Positions 1-7,612 of a DNA stretch of 59,605 bases are shown here, piece by piece; position 1 is the first letter of the stretch; each line of letters starts with the position of its first letter. This DNA comes from a virus. Taxonomy: Duplodnaviria > Caudoviricetes. The stretch spans positions 1 through 59,605 of IMG/VR virus record IMGVR_UViG_3300044615_000612; one strand, written 5' to 3'. Both the position numbers and the translations under genes were made by a program. The notes below the pieces were generated by a model, which saw only the letters and a list, made by a program, of their open reading frames with translations, did not search any database and was not told the DNA's origin.

Positions 1-236
1 GCCGCAGCAAGGAAGAGTTCCAGGCAGACGGCAACCGCGGTGATCTGGTGGCCTATGTGCCATGGGACTGTGATCACATTGCCAATGCCCGCCTCATCGC
101 CGCTGCGCCGGAGATGCTGGCTGCCCTACGGGAACTTGTCCACTATGACGAAGGCAGTAGTGAGCAGGGGTCTTACGGATACGAAGTTCTGAGTCGATGC
201 AAGTCAGTCATTGCCAAAGCAGAAGGGAGGGAGTGA
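1..236 (+). CDS. 3' part of TPGPW...ARLIAAAPE-family small phage protein (full copy at 59155-59487)
   Basis: ANARLIAAAPEMLAAL motif; lies within the terminal repeat. Confidence 0.8.
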   Translation, partial: RSKEEFQADGNRGDLVAYVPWDCDHIANARLIAAAPEMLAALRELVHYDEGSSEQGSYGYEVLSRCKSVIAKAEGRE

Positions 237-354
237 TGGGCATTACCAATCCGTCTGCCGCGTGCGAATTGCACAGTGCGTTGGCTGACATGCTGGAGGA
301 GTATGAATACGACACCGAATGGCATGAGCGGTCCGGGATGAACGCCCGGTCACA
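1..354. repeat. Terminal direct repeat / circular overlap, left copy
   Basis: Matches 59252-59605 except at positions 128, 204, 212, 254, 322, 330 and 344. Confidence 0.95.
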
Positions 355-463
355 ACGCGACATCATTCTGCGGGCGAAGCAGGCTATCGCTCACTTCACT
401 GGAGAGCCAGTGGCGCCGTGCTACTGGGAGGCCGGGGACTACGAAGAACCGGAGGATGCGTGA
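236..463 (+). CDS. Hypothetical early protein (MGITNP...)
   Basis: ATG in a TGATG overlap after GGAGG SD. Confidence 0.75.
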   Translation: MGITNPSAACELHSALADMLEEYEYDTEWHERSGMNARSQRDIILRAKQAIAHFTGEPVAPCYWEAGDYEEPEDA

Positions 464-774
464 TGGCACATACACCTGGACCGTGGGAGGTCCACCATTG
501 GGGTGACAACGAGGGCGACATTCACGGCAGCGACGGCAAGGTGGTGTGCGTGATGCGTGACGGTGCCACGCCACAAGAGGAGGACTGGGAGGGCGATGCC
601 CGCCTCATTGCAGCGGCACCGGACCTGCTGCACTGCGTTCTGCTGCTTGACTACGCCTGCCATCACGGTGATCGCAAGTGCCTGGAGGCTGCGGTGGCGA
701 AGGCTAAGACACTCATAGCCGAGGCCGGGCAGAAGACTGCCGAAGAGGAAGAGGACGAAGAGGAGGACGAGTGA
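463..774 (+). CDS. TPGPW...ARLIAAAP-family small phage protein with acidic tail
   Basis: MAHTPGPW and DARLIAAAPDLL motifs; paralogue of 59155-59487. Confidence 0.8.
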   Translation: MAHTPGPWEVHHWGDNEGDIHGSDGKVVCVMRDGATPQEEDWEGDARLIAAAPDLLHCVLLLDYACHHGDRKCLEAAVAKAKTLIAEAGQKTAEEEEDEEEDE

Positions 775-1022
775 TGCCGAACGCAATGCCCTACCACTAC
801 ATCCAACTGTCGATCGTCATGCGTGACTGCGTTGACCCGGTCGATGCCGTGCGTCAACTGGGTCGCCTGATGCCCCACAACCCGGACGAAACGACCAAAC
901 ACATGGAGTCATGGACTGTGGAGCGGATCAGCGGCACGGACTGCGTGGAATATGACCGCACCACCCACTCACGGGAACTGGAACTGGAACAGGTAGTGCA
1001 ACATGCAGAAGGGAGGGAGTGA
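774..1022 (+). CDS. Hypothetical early protein
   Basis: TGATG-coupled ORF with SD. Confidence 0.7.
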   Translation: MPNAMPYHYIQLSIVMRDCVDPVDAVRQLGRLMPHNPDETTKHMESWTVERISGTDCVEYDRTTHSRELELEQVVQHAEGRE

Positions 1023-1375
1023 TGAGCCTTGACTGGACTACAAACCGCTGCGATCCGCCTCTGCCCAAGGACGATGAGGACAGGCATGCCAGGGACATGC
1101 TGGTGTGGTCGGCCCTCGCCGTAGACCTGGGGGAGATCACCAAGAAGAACGTGGACGAGTGGGTATGGCGGATGTTCTACCAGCGGAAGACAACCGAGGC
1201 GATCTACATCCCGGACAAGACGACGCCGGCCGAGGTGCGGCGGATGGTGGAGCGGTGGGTGGGGCTGGGCACAAACGTCCTGACCCTGAGCCGCAAGCAG
1301 TGGCTGAAGAAGGTGACCGAGATCATGGCGAATCGCAACACAAGGGAGGTGGCAGATGCGGTACATCATGCATGA
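1022..1375 (+). CDS. Hypothetical early protein (MSLDW...)
   Basis: TGATG-coupled ORF with SD; protein-like composition. Confidence 0.75.
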   Translation: MSLDWTTNRCDPPLPKDDEDRHARDMLVWSALAVDLGEITKKNVDEWVWRMFYQRKTTEAIYIPDKTTPAEVRRMVERWVGLGTNVLTLSRKQWLKKVTEIMANRNTREVADAVHHA

Positions 1376-1625
1376 TGAGGGCTATGACCTGCGGGCAATG
1401 CTGCCGGACTGCCGGGGCAAGACCAAGCTGGAAGTGCGGCTGCTCTCCGGTGAGTTGTCCGCCCTGTTCAGCCTGCCAGAGTCGGTTGCGGTGCGGGCGT
1501 TGGTGCGGGCGTGCGATGTCCAGTTCACCGACTTCGGTGCGGTCATCGATGACGATGCCGTGGCACTGCGGCCTGCCGTGAGATTCCGGAAGGAGATTGT
1601 CAGACGCACTACCTCCAACGTATGA
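1356..1625 (+). CDS. Hypothetical protein
   Basis: GGGAGG SD 6 nt upstream of ATG 1356. Confidence 0.65.
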   Translation: MRYIMHDEGYDLRAMLPDCRGKTKLEVRLLSGELSALFSLPESVAVRALVRACDVQFTDFGAVIDDDAVALRPAVRFRKEIVRRTTSNV

Positions 1626-1626
1626 T
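1597..1626 (+). promoter_or_regulatory. Putative sigma-70 promoter
   Basis: TTGTCA-N18-TATGAT. Confidence 0.55.
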
Positions 1627-1660
1627 TCCGATACGTGGGAGGTTCGCCTCTCCGTGGTGG

Positions 1661-1709
1661 CCCCTGCCGGGGAAAAATAGCGTAAGTACCCGGCAGGGGT
1701 TTTTTCTTG
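1661..1709 (+). terminator. Intrinsic terminator
   Basis: 11-bp stem CCCCTGCCGGG/CCCGGCAGGGG followed by TTTTTTCTT. Confidence 0.75.
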
Positions 1710-1738
1710 TACACTCCCGCACCTGTACGGAGGTACAC

Positions 1739-2104
1739 ATGCCCTGTGAATGGGGGCATCACGTGTGGATTGACCGGCCGTCATCCATGCGCCCCGGTTG
1801 GATTGCCACCTACTGCCGTGAGTGCAGGAAGTTTTTGGGACGACGGCCGGAGGACATGGGCTGGGCCATGCCGAAGCAACGCGGACCCGGAGGGACTTGG
1901 GCAGATGAAGACCATAGTTCACGTCAACCAGCACAAGATCAGAAGCAACCAGAAGACAGGCGAAAGGCTGCCCGTTCTCACGGTGAAGACCTACTGCTCC
2001 AACCAGTACGCACACCGGGTGAAGATCGACGGCCCTTGCGTGGTGGTGTACAGCCCGGACAGGCCTTTGTCCTGCGGGGCCAGGGTGTGGATCGAAACCG
2101 ATAG
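1739..2104 (+). CDS. Hypothetical protein, possible Zn-binding (C/H...CRECRK); 3' half overlaps next gene
   Basis: GGAGG SD upstream of ATG 1739. Confidence 0.45.
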   Translation: MPCEWGHHVWIDRPSSMRPGWIATYCRECRKFLGRRPEDMGWAMPKQRGPGGTWADEDHSSRQPAQDQKQPEDRRKAARSHGEDLLLQPVRTPGEDRRPLRGGVQPGQAFVLRGQGVDRNR

Positions 2105-2123
2105 CACTGTGGAGGTGGAGTGA
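1905..2123 (+). CDS. Conserved small phage protein (MKTIVHVNQHKIRSN...PLSCGARVWIET type)
   Basis: Recognisable motif set of a widespread phage hypothetical family. Confidence 0.8.
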   Translation: MKTIVHVNQHKIRSNQKTGERLPVLTVKTYCSNQYAHRVKIDGPCVVVYSPDRPLSCGARVWIETDSTVEVE

Positions 2124-2335
2124 TGCCACTCTCGGATGATCTTTTAGAAGTGTTTGACGCCTATGAAACGGCCCGGCAACGGCTGACCGAAATTGCACCA
2201 TGCCCCAAGTGCTGCCCTCCACGCCCGCCCGCTGTCCCTGGGGAGTACATCGTCGGTGGTGACATCCGGCTTTGCAGCAAGTGCGGTGGTGAAGGTTTCT
2301 TCATCGACTGGTCAGCCGAGGAGGAGGACGAGTGA
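2123..2335 (+). CDS. Small Zn-finger protein
   Basis: CPKC...CSKCGGEG; TGATG coupling. Confidence 0.7.
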   Translation: MPLSDDLLEVFDAYETARQRLTEIAPCPKCCPPRPPAVPGEYIVGGDIRLCSKCGGEGFFIDWSAEEEDE

Positions 2336-2574
2336 TGCGAGCGTTCCCAACTGACGAGTACATGGACGAGCAACGGGTAGGCCAGAACCCGGGCATGGAC
2401 CTGCGTGATTGGTTTGCCGGGCAGATTGCGGCGTCCATTGCTCTGTCCCAATGGCAGACAACTGAATCCAGTTACTACACCAACGACATGATCGCTCAGG
2501 AAGCGTATCTCCTGGCCGATGCGATGGTCCGATGGCGGCGCAAGTCAAGGAGCAAGGCCAATGCCAACGATTGA
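2335..2574 (+). CDS. Conserved phage protein (GMxLRDxFA...AYxxADAM type)
   Basis: GMDLRDWFAGQ and AYLLADAM motifs. Confidence 0.8.
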   Translation: MRAFPTDEYMDEQRVGQNPGMDLRDWFAGQIAASIALSQWQTTESSYYTNDMIAQEAYLLADAMVRWRRKSRSKANAND

Positions 2575-2752
2575 ACTGACCGACGAGCAGGCCGAGGAGT
2601 TGCGGGCTGTGATTGGCTATGAGTGCGACCGGCTGGATGAAGACATCAAGTTCGCTGAGAGGCTGGGCGGTGCCGACGATCCCAGCGCCATTCAGTATCG
2701 CCATGAGAAGTCTGTCATGTCCGACATCCTTAACCTACTGGAGATTGCGTGA
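2561..2752 (+). CDS. Hypothetical protein
   Basis: AGGAG SD upstream of ATG 2561. Confidence 0.65.
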   Translation: MPTIELTDEQAEELRAVIGYECDRLDEDIKFAERLGGADDPSAIQYRHEKSVMSDILNLLEIA

Positions 2753-2982
2753 TGCCTAAGAAACTAGCAGAGGCTGAGTGCTACATGGGACCGGGCGAGT
2801 ACACCTACCGCATCGAAGAGGTGTACGACAAGCGCATCGGTCAGATGATCTACGAACTCTACAGCACACTGCGGGCATCCGGGGTGTCGTCGCTGCTGGG
2901 TGAGTACAACACCAGGGAAGACGCACGGAATGGCATGCTGCGTTACCGTGAAAGGGACGTTGCCAAAGGGAGGGACCAGTGA
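2752..2982 (+). CDS. Hypothetical protein
   Basis: TGATG-coupled ORF. Confidence 0.65.
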   Translation: MPKKLAEAECYMGPGEYTYRIEEVYDKRIGQMIYELYSTLRASGVSSLLGEYNTREDARNGMLRYRERDVAKGRDQ

Positions 2983-3296
2983 ACCGCACATTCATAGTCA
3001 ACACCAATCCCATTGCTCCCATTGCATGCTGGGAGATCAGTCCGTGTGCCAAAACGCCGGACACGGAAGGAGGGTACGCGGTCGAAGCGTTTGAGACCAT
3101 GGCCGAAGCCCGGTCTGCCGTGGACAGGCTGGGTGGCACCACTTTCTGGGGCGTGTACGCACGGCTAAGTGATGACGCTATCGCGGCTGCATTGGGCCCA
3201 CCCGTGATACAGGTGTATCACCTGAAGGACTTCGATAGTTACGATGAGGCTGTTCGGCTTGTCCAGTTATTCAACGGAGTGAACGATGACGACTGA
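2979..3296 (+). CDS. Hypothetical protein
   Basis: GTGA overlap with SD. Confidence 0.65.
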   Translation: MNRTFIVNTNPIAPIACWEISPCAKTPDTEGGYAVEAFETMAEARSAVDRLGGTTFWGVYARLSDDAIAAALGPPVIQVYHLKDFDSYDEAVRLVQLFNGVNDDD

Positions 3297-3675
3297 AACC
3301 AAGGTGATGGGGTTTGGCCTGTGCGATTCGTCTGCGGTGCAGGCCGTGAGTAAGAGGCGTATCGGATCGCTGCCCTACGGCGTAGCCACGGGGTGCTGCG
3401 ATATCGGTGAGGCCAAACTGAAGGATGGCAGGCGTGTGCTGATCACGTGGGGCCGGAACATCACACCGGATGAGCAGTTCTGGTTTGCCCATAACAGCAT
3501 CCACTCCTGCGTCTGGATCGGTGCGGACGACGGTGGCTGTGAGTTGGTTCTGGGTGAGACCTTCGGCAGCAGCCCTTCCGAGGATTGGCTGTGGCTGGGG
3601 ATCCGCCTGGTGCGTGAGGAAGGTGACAACTGGACCCGCGTGGAGGCTACGGATGGCGACCCTGTTTATGACTGA
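3286..3675 (+). CDS. Hypothetical protein
   Basis: In-operon ORF, GGAG SD. Confidence 0.6.
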   Translation: MTTETKVMGFGLCDSSAVQAVSKRRIGSLPYGVATGCCDIGEAKLKDGRRVLITWGRNITPDEQFWFAHNSIHSCVWIGADDGGCELVLGETFGSSPSEDWLWLGIRLVREEGDNWTRVEATDGDPVYD

Positions 3676-3856
3676 CACGGATGTGGAAACCCTGGCCACC
3701 GTACTGAACGCGGAGGTGGCACGGGTGGAAGATCAGCTCACGGAATGGCGGCACTACCACCGCGTCCCGTCTGAGCATGAGGACAACCTGACCCTGTATC
3801 TGCATGACCTGACGCAGCTGCGAAAAACCCTGCCTGTTTTGGAGGACGCTGAGTAG
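3668..3856 (+). CDS. Hypothetical helical protein
   Basis: ATG overlaps previous stop region; amphipathic helices. Confidence 0.55.
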   Translation: MTDTDVETLATVLNAEVARVEDQLTEWRHYHRVPSEHEDNLTLYLHDLTQLRKTLPVLEDAE

Positions 3857-3909
3857 TCGATTCCAACCTGAACGTGGTACTGTACCCCTGTGCAGTACCG
3901 TCCACCCGG

Positions 3910-3946
3910 AGCCCGGGCGGCGTGTGCCGTCCGGGCTTTTTCTTTT
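3910..3946 (+). terminator. Intrinsic terminator
   Basis: AGCCCGGGCGGC-GTGT-GCCGTCCGGGCT then TTTTCTTTT. Confidence 0.8.
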
Positions 3947-3963
3947 CCCTGTAGGAGGTTCCC

Positions 3964-4689
3964 ATGAGTCTCGTAGTTCATGCCGGTGGTCATCATGTCG
4001 GCCGTGATGATCTGGATTCCCATCCGCTGCCCGCTGCCACGCTGACCCATCAGCCCGTGCCGCACTCCCGTGTGGTCGATCTGGTGGAGCAGACGATCCT
4101 GCAATCCGGCCTGCCCATCACCGACAGTTCCTTCGCCCTCGCCAACAAGGGCAACCGCATGTTCGGCGTGCTGACGCTGGCCGGCGGCACGGACTACGCC
4201 ACTGTCATCGGCATCCGCAACAGCCATGACAAGTCGTTCCCCGTGTCGTTCTGCCTGGGTTCCCGTGTGTTCGTCTGTGACAACCTGGCGTTCTCCGCCG
4301 AGGTGGTGGTGCGTACCAAGCACTCCCGGTGGGTGGAGGAGCGGCTGCCCCGCCTTGTCAACGAGGGCGTGGCAACGCTGATCGACAAGCGTGGCCAGCA
4401 GGCCAAGCGGATCGAAGCCTACAAGGCCACGGAGGTACGCGGACTGCCGCACCTGCATGACCTTGTGCTGCGGACGTACCGCTCCGGTGCCATGCCGGCG
4501 GCGGCCATCGCCCCGGTGTTGCGTGAGTACGACAGTCCCCGCCATGAGGAGTTCGCACAGCCCACGCTGTGGAGCTACTTCAACTGCGTGACCGAGATCC
4601 TGAAGGACTACGGCGACCTGACCGGCCGGACGCAGCGGCTGCACGGCGTGGTCGATTCGGAGTGTGCCAGCAGCATGCTGGCGGTCTGA
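3964..4689 (+). CDS. DUF932-family phage/plasmid protein
   Basis: IGIRNSHDKS, RVFVCDNLAF and TLWSYFNCVTE motifs; strong SD. Confidence 0.85.
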   Translation: MSLVVHAGGHHVGRDDLDSHPLPAATLTHQPVPHSRVVDLVEQTILQSGLPITDSSFALANKGNRMFGVLTLAGGTDYATVIGIRNSHDKSFPVSFCLGSRVFVCDNLAFSAEVVVRTKHSRWVEERLPRLVNEGVATLIDKRGQQAKRIEAYKATEVRGLPHLHDLVLRTYRSGAMPAAAIAPVLREYDSPRHEEFAQPTLWSYFNCVTEILKDYGDLTGRTQRLHGVVDSECASSMLAV

Positions 4690-4701
4690 TGTGTTCTCTG
4701 T

Positions 4702-4727
4702 GGGTGGCGGCAATGGGGCCGCCACCC
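4702..4727 (+). terminator. Stem-loop after DUF932 gene
   Basis: 10-bp perfect stem GGGTGGCGGC/GCCGCCACCC; weak U-tract. Confidence 0.45.
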
Positions 4728-4752
4728 TATTCCCCCTGGCAAGGAGTGAGCC

Positions 4753-5019
4753 ATGCTGCGGTTCGACGTTGGTGAGTTCATGGAAGCCTGTCGCATTGCG
4801 TCCGCCGACGGCGGTGGCGTGCAGGCTGTGGCCGATCTGCTGGGCATCAAGCTGTCGTCTGTGTACAGACGGCGGCACCAGCTCAAGAGGAAGGGCATTG
4901 CCACGCCCAAGCTCAGGCGCATTGCCGCTCGTCCCCGGGCGCAGCTGTGTCTGCCGGCCCCGGTCACGGTGGAGTACACTCCGCTGACCTTTACTATCGA
5001 AGTCGGTTGCGGCCAGTGA
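4753..5019 (+). CDS. Small HTH DNA-binding protein
   Basis: VQAVADLLGIKLSSVYRR helix-turn-helix pattern. Confidence 0.7.
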   Translation: MLRFDVGEFMEACRIASADGGGVQAVADLLGIKLSSVYRRRHQLKRKGIATPKLRRIAARPRAQLCLPAPVTVEYTPLTFTIEVGCGQ

Positions 5020-5058
5020 GCGGCGTGTTCGGAAGCGTTTTCCCCAAGTGAGGTTCCC

Positions 5059-5394
5059 ATGGAGTTCGATGACATCGATGCCGACACGTGCCAACACCAT
5101 GCTGCGTTGCAGGTGGCGGACGAGTTCCGTGAGCAGTTCCGCACCCTGTATGCGGGCATGTACCGCAGGAATGCGGCCATTGGCGGTGGTCTTTCCAACT
5201 TGGTCATGGCAGGCATGACGGTGGTCTGGTTGGAGTGCGTACACTCCCTCATGGGCTCGCCGGACAGTGAGTCTGCCATCGCCCTACTGCGGGACATGCG
5301 TCCCGACGACCGTGCCGTGGCGAAGGAGATGCGGATGGCAGCCCGTGATTTCCTGCGTCGTTCCCGTTGGCTGCCGAAGCAGAGGGCAACATGA
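5059..5394 (+). CDS. Hypothetical protein
   Basis: GAGG SD; in operon. Confidence 0.65.
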   Translation: MEFDDIDADTCQHHAALQVADEFREQFRTLYAGMYRRNAAIGGGLSNLVMAGMTVVWLECVHSLMGSPDSESAIALLRDMRPDDRAVAKEMRMAARDFLRRSRWLPKQRAT

Positions 5395-5756
5395 AGAAGT
5401 ACCAGGAATACATCATCGGCAGGTGCATCACGGAGCAGCCACCGGAGTGGGAGTTCAAGGTGTTCTATGTGCAGGTGGAGGAGCGTGACGGCAAGCGTGT
5501 TGTATGCGGCACGCCCATCGACATCACTGCATTGTCAGACGACGCAGCCGTGTCGGTCATTGAGCATGAGGGCTGCGACACAGACCCTTCCACGCTTGCC
5601 GACATCACACCACCGGAGGGCTGGCAACTCATGGCCCAGCATCCGCTGCCTGATGGCTACGTCCCTGAGTCGGCCGAGGTGCGTGATGAGCATCAGCGTC
5701 GGTGCCTGGAGGAGTTTCACACCAAGCACCCGCATTTCAGGAGGGACAATGATTGA
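5391..5756 (+). CDS. Hypothetical protein
   Basis: ATGA overlap with previous gene. Confidence 0.65.
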   Translation: MKKYQEYIIGRCITEQPPEWEFKVFYVQVEERDGKRVVCGTPIDITALSDDAAVSVIEHEGCDTDPSTLADITPPEGWQLMAQHPLPDGYVPESAEVRDEHQRRCLEEFHTKHPHFRRDND

Positions 5757-5817
5757 CTTCCTCATGGGTACGGCAGGAGTTTTCCTGATCTTCTGGGTTG
5801 TGTCGCGGAGGGACTGA
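5749..5817 (+). CDS. 22-aa single-TM micropeptide (MIDFLMGTAGVFLIFWVVSRRD)
   Basis: AGGAGG SD; fills the gap; TGATG-coupled to the recombinase. Confidence 0.5.
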   Translation: MIDFLMGTAGVFLIFWVVSRRD

Positions 5818-6590
5818 TGGGCAGGCTCTATGGCTATGTGCGGGTAAGTACCAACGACCAGGACAACTCAGTACAAAACCAGATAGCCCGCATCCAGGAA
5901 CTGGCAGCCAAGGAGGGCTTGCCACTGGAGCATGTCTACGTGGACGAGGACGTGACGGCACGCATCCCGCTGAAGGACCGGCCGCAGGGCAGGATCCTGT
6001 GGGATGTGCTGGATCCTGGTGATGCCATCGCCTTCAACAAGGTGGACCGTGTGTTCCGGTCCGTGGCCGATGCCAGTGCGACCGTTCAGATATGGCAGCA
6101 GCGGGGCATCCGGGCCATCATCATGGATCTAGGCATCGACCTGGCTACCCCCGCCGGCCGGATGTTTTTCCACCAGCTCGCTTCGTTCGCTGAGTTTGAG
6201 CGGGAGATGATTTCCCAGCGGACGAAGGAGTGCCTGCGGTTCCTCTACTCCCGCGGGACGCCTGTGAACCAGCGTCCTTACGGCTGGGTCCGGGACAAGC
6301 CTGGCCGGGGCGCGACGTTCGTCCCTTGCCAGCAGGAGCGGGACCTGGCTTTGCGCGTGGTGAAGTGGCGGGACGAGGGCCTTTCCCTGCGGCAGATTTG
6401 GAATCGCCTTTGGACGCTGCGGATCTGCAAGCCGGGGAAGCGGTGGGCGGAACGCGGGAAGGGGATTCACTACAGCCCTTACGACATCTCCGGTCTGGAG
6501 CTTGCCGCTCGGAAAGGATTCCCAATCGTTGGGCCGCATTCCTTGCTAGCCTCTCGGCGGCTATCGATGCAGACCGAATGTTCAGGTTGA
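5817..6590 (+). CDS. Serine recombinase (resolvase/invertase family)
   Basis: YGYVRVST catalytic Ser motif, KVDRVFRS, FAEFEREMISQRT, PYGW. Confidence 0.92.
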   Translation: MGRLYGYVRVSTNDQDNSVQNQIARIQELAAKEGLPLEHVYVDEDVTARIPLKDRPQGRILWDVLDPGDAIAFNKVDRVFRSVADASATVQIWQQRGIRAIIMDLGIDLATPAGRMFFHQLASFAEFEREMISQRTKECLRFLYSRGTPVNQRPYGWVRDKPGRGATFVPCQQERDLALRVVKWRDEGLSLRQIWNRLWTLRICKPGKRWAERGKGIHYSPYDISGLELAARKGFPIVGPHSLLASRRLSMQTECSG

Positions 6591-7017
6591 ACTCTTCGGC
6601 CATGTCGATGATGCGGTAGCGATTGACCAGCCGGGCCTGGGCCATGGCCTGATCCTGGATGGGCATGCTGTCGATCGCATCCTGGATGTGGTCGATCGAC
6701 TCCTCCTCGCGGGCGGCCGGGTCTGACATGGCTACCTGCTCGCCGGGAGAGCGTGTCAGCCGGCGGATGGCCTTGAGCTGGGCGTTCAAAATCGCCTGGG
6801 CGAAGTACCGTTTGGGGTACGGCAGCCGGCTGGCATCGTAGGTCCTGGCTGCTCGGCACAGGGCCAGGTAACCCTCGCCCTCTATGTCACCCAGCAACGC
6901 CTGCCTCTGCCACGGTGGTCGGTTGGCGAGGAAGTACTTAGCTGCGGTGACCACCATGTGGTGGTATTCAGTGACGAGCAACTGCTGCTTTTTGGAGAGC
7001 TTTGATCGCCGTCTCAT
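6145..7017 (-). CDS. Phage sigma-70-family factor (region 2 plus region 4-like); low-complexity 3' extension antisense to the recombinase
   Basis: DIEGEGYLALCRAARTYD...YFAQAILNAQLKAIRR and IQDAIDSMP...IIDMAEEFNL. Confidence 0.8.
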   Translation of the reverse strand: MRRRSKLSKKQQLLVTEYHHMVVTAAKYFLANRPPWQRQALLGDIEGEGYLALCRAARTYDASRLPYPKRYFAQAILNAQLKAIRRLTRSPGEQVAMSDPAAREEESIDHIQDAIDSMPIQDQAMAQARLVNRYRIIDMAEEFNLNIRSASIAAERLARNAAQRLGILSERQAPDRRCRKGCSESPSRVPPTASPACRSAASKGDSKSAAGKGPRPATSPRAKPGPAPAGKGRTSRPGQACPGPSRKDAGSQASRGSRGTAGTPSSAGKSSPAQTQRTKRAGGKTSGRRG

Positions 7018-7168
7018 GCTGGTCCAGCTTGGCCCGGGTTTCCCGGACCAGCTCTGGCAGGCCCTCCATAGCAGAAGCGATCAACGCCACCTTGGCGTGG
7101 ATGCTCATGGCCCAGGGGACCACGGCAATGAGTATTGTAATGAACGCCAGCAGCTGATCAGTGTGCAT
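6968..7168 (-). CDS. Small membrane protein (TM plus coiled coil), holin-like
   Basis: LLAFITILIAVVPWAM followed by heptad segment. Confidence 0.65.
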   Translation of the reverse strand: MHTDQLLAFITILIAVVPWAMSIHAKVALIASAMEGLPELVRETRAKLDQHETAIKALQKAAVARH

Positions 7169-7364
7169 GTGTCGCTCCGCTGGCGATCATGGAGACGAGC
7201 CCACTGGCTGCCGCCTCCGGTATCTTCTCGCGCCTGAAGTCGTCCATGATCCGCTTCACGGCGACACGCCACAGGCTTGGATGGTACTGATACACCCACG
7301 CCTCGCCCTCTCCGAAAGCGGTCAGCCTGATCAGCGTTTCAGGCTGCACTTCCCATCTGGGCAT
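7158..7364 (-). CDS. Hypothetical protein
   Basis: ORF tiles between neighbours; start uncertain. Confidence 0.5.
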   Translation of the reverse strand: MPRWEVQPETLIRLTAFGEGEAWVYQYHPSLWRVAVKRIMDDFRREKIPEAAASGLVSMIASGATHAH

Positions 7365-7612
7365 ATTGCGCATGTGCATGCTCCCCCCTTGGTAGCCGGG
7401 CAGTTGCATGCCGCACGCTCTGTGCATGGGCATGCCGTCCAGCCCTGGTTGTCTCCCGTCCTGATCTGGCCACTGCCCTTGCACTGCGGGCAGTTGGGCA
7501 GCGGGGGCTTAGGGGGCGCAGGCGTGGGTGCCATGTCGCTCAGGCTGTGGAGCGCAGCCTGGGTGGCGACGATGGCTGTGTACTGCGGCGTATGGTCTGT
7601 CCACCAGAACAT
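7331..7612 (-). CDS. Small Cys-rich protein (CxxCxGxG zinc motif, metallothionein-like tail)
   Basis: CPQCKGSG...CPC...CNC...CTCAIC...C; TGATG-coupled. Confidence 0.7.
   Translation of the reverse strand: MFWWTDHTPQYTAIVATQAALHSLSDMAPTPAPPKPPLPNCPQCKGSGQIRTGDNQGWTACPCTERAACNCPATKGGACTCAICPDGKCSLKR

Noticed and set aside
219-2754. CRISPR-like or integron attC array from the recurring linkers
   Set aside because: Repeats are short, non-palindromic, irregularly spaced by whole genes, and coincide with SD/stop/start; no cas gene or IntI signature.
3754-5297. Long antisense ORFs (496 aa here; also 21138-22226, 36123-37265, 48655-50034, 50172-51365)
   Set aside because: Shadow frames of well-supported genes in high-GC DNA; no motifs or SD.
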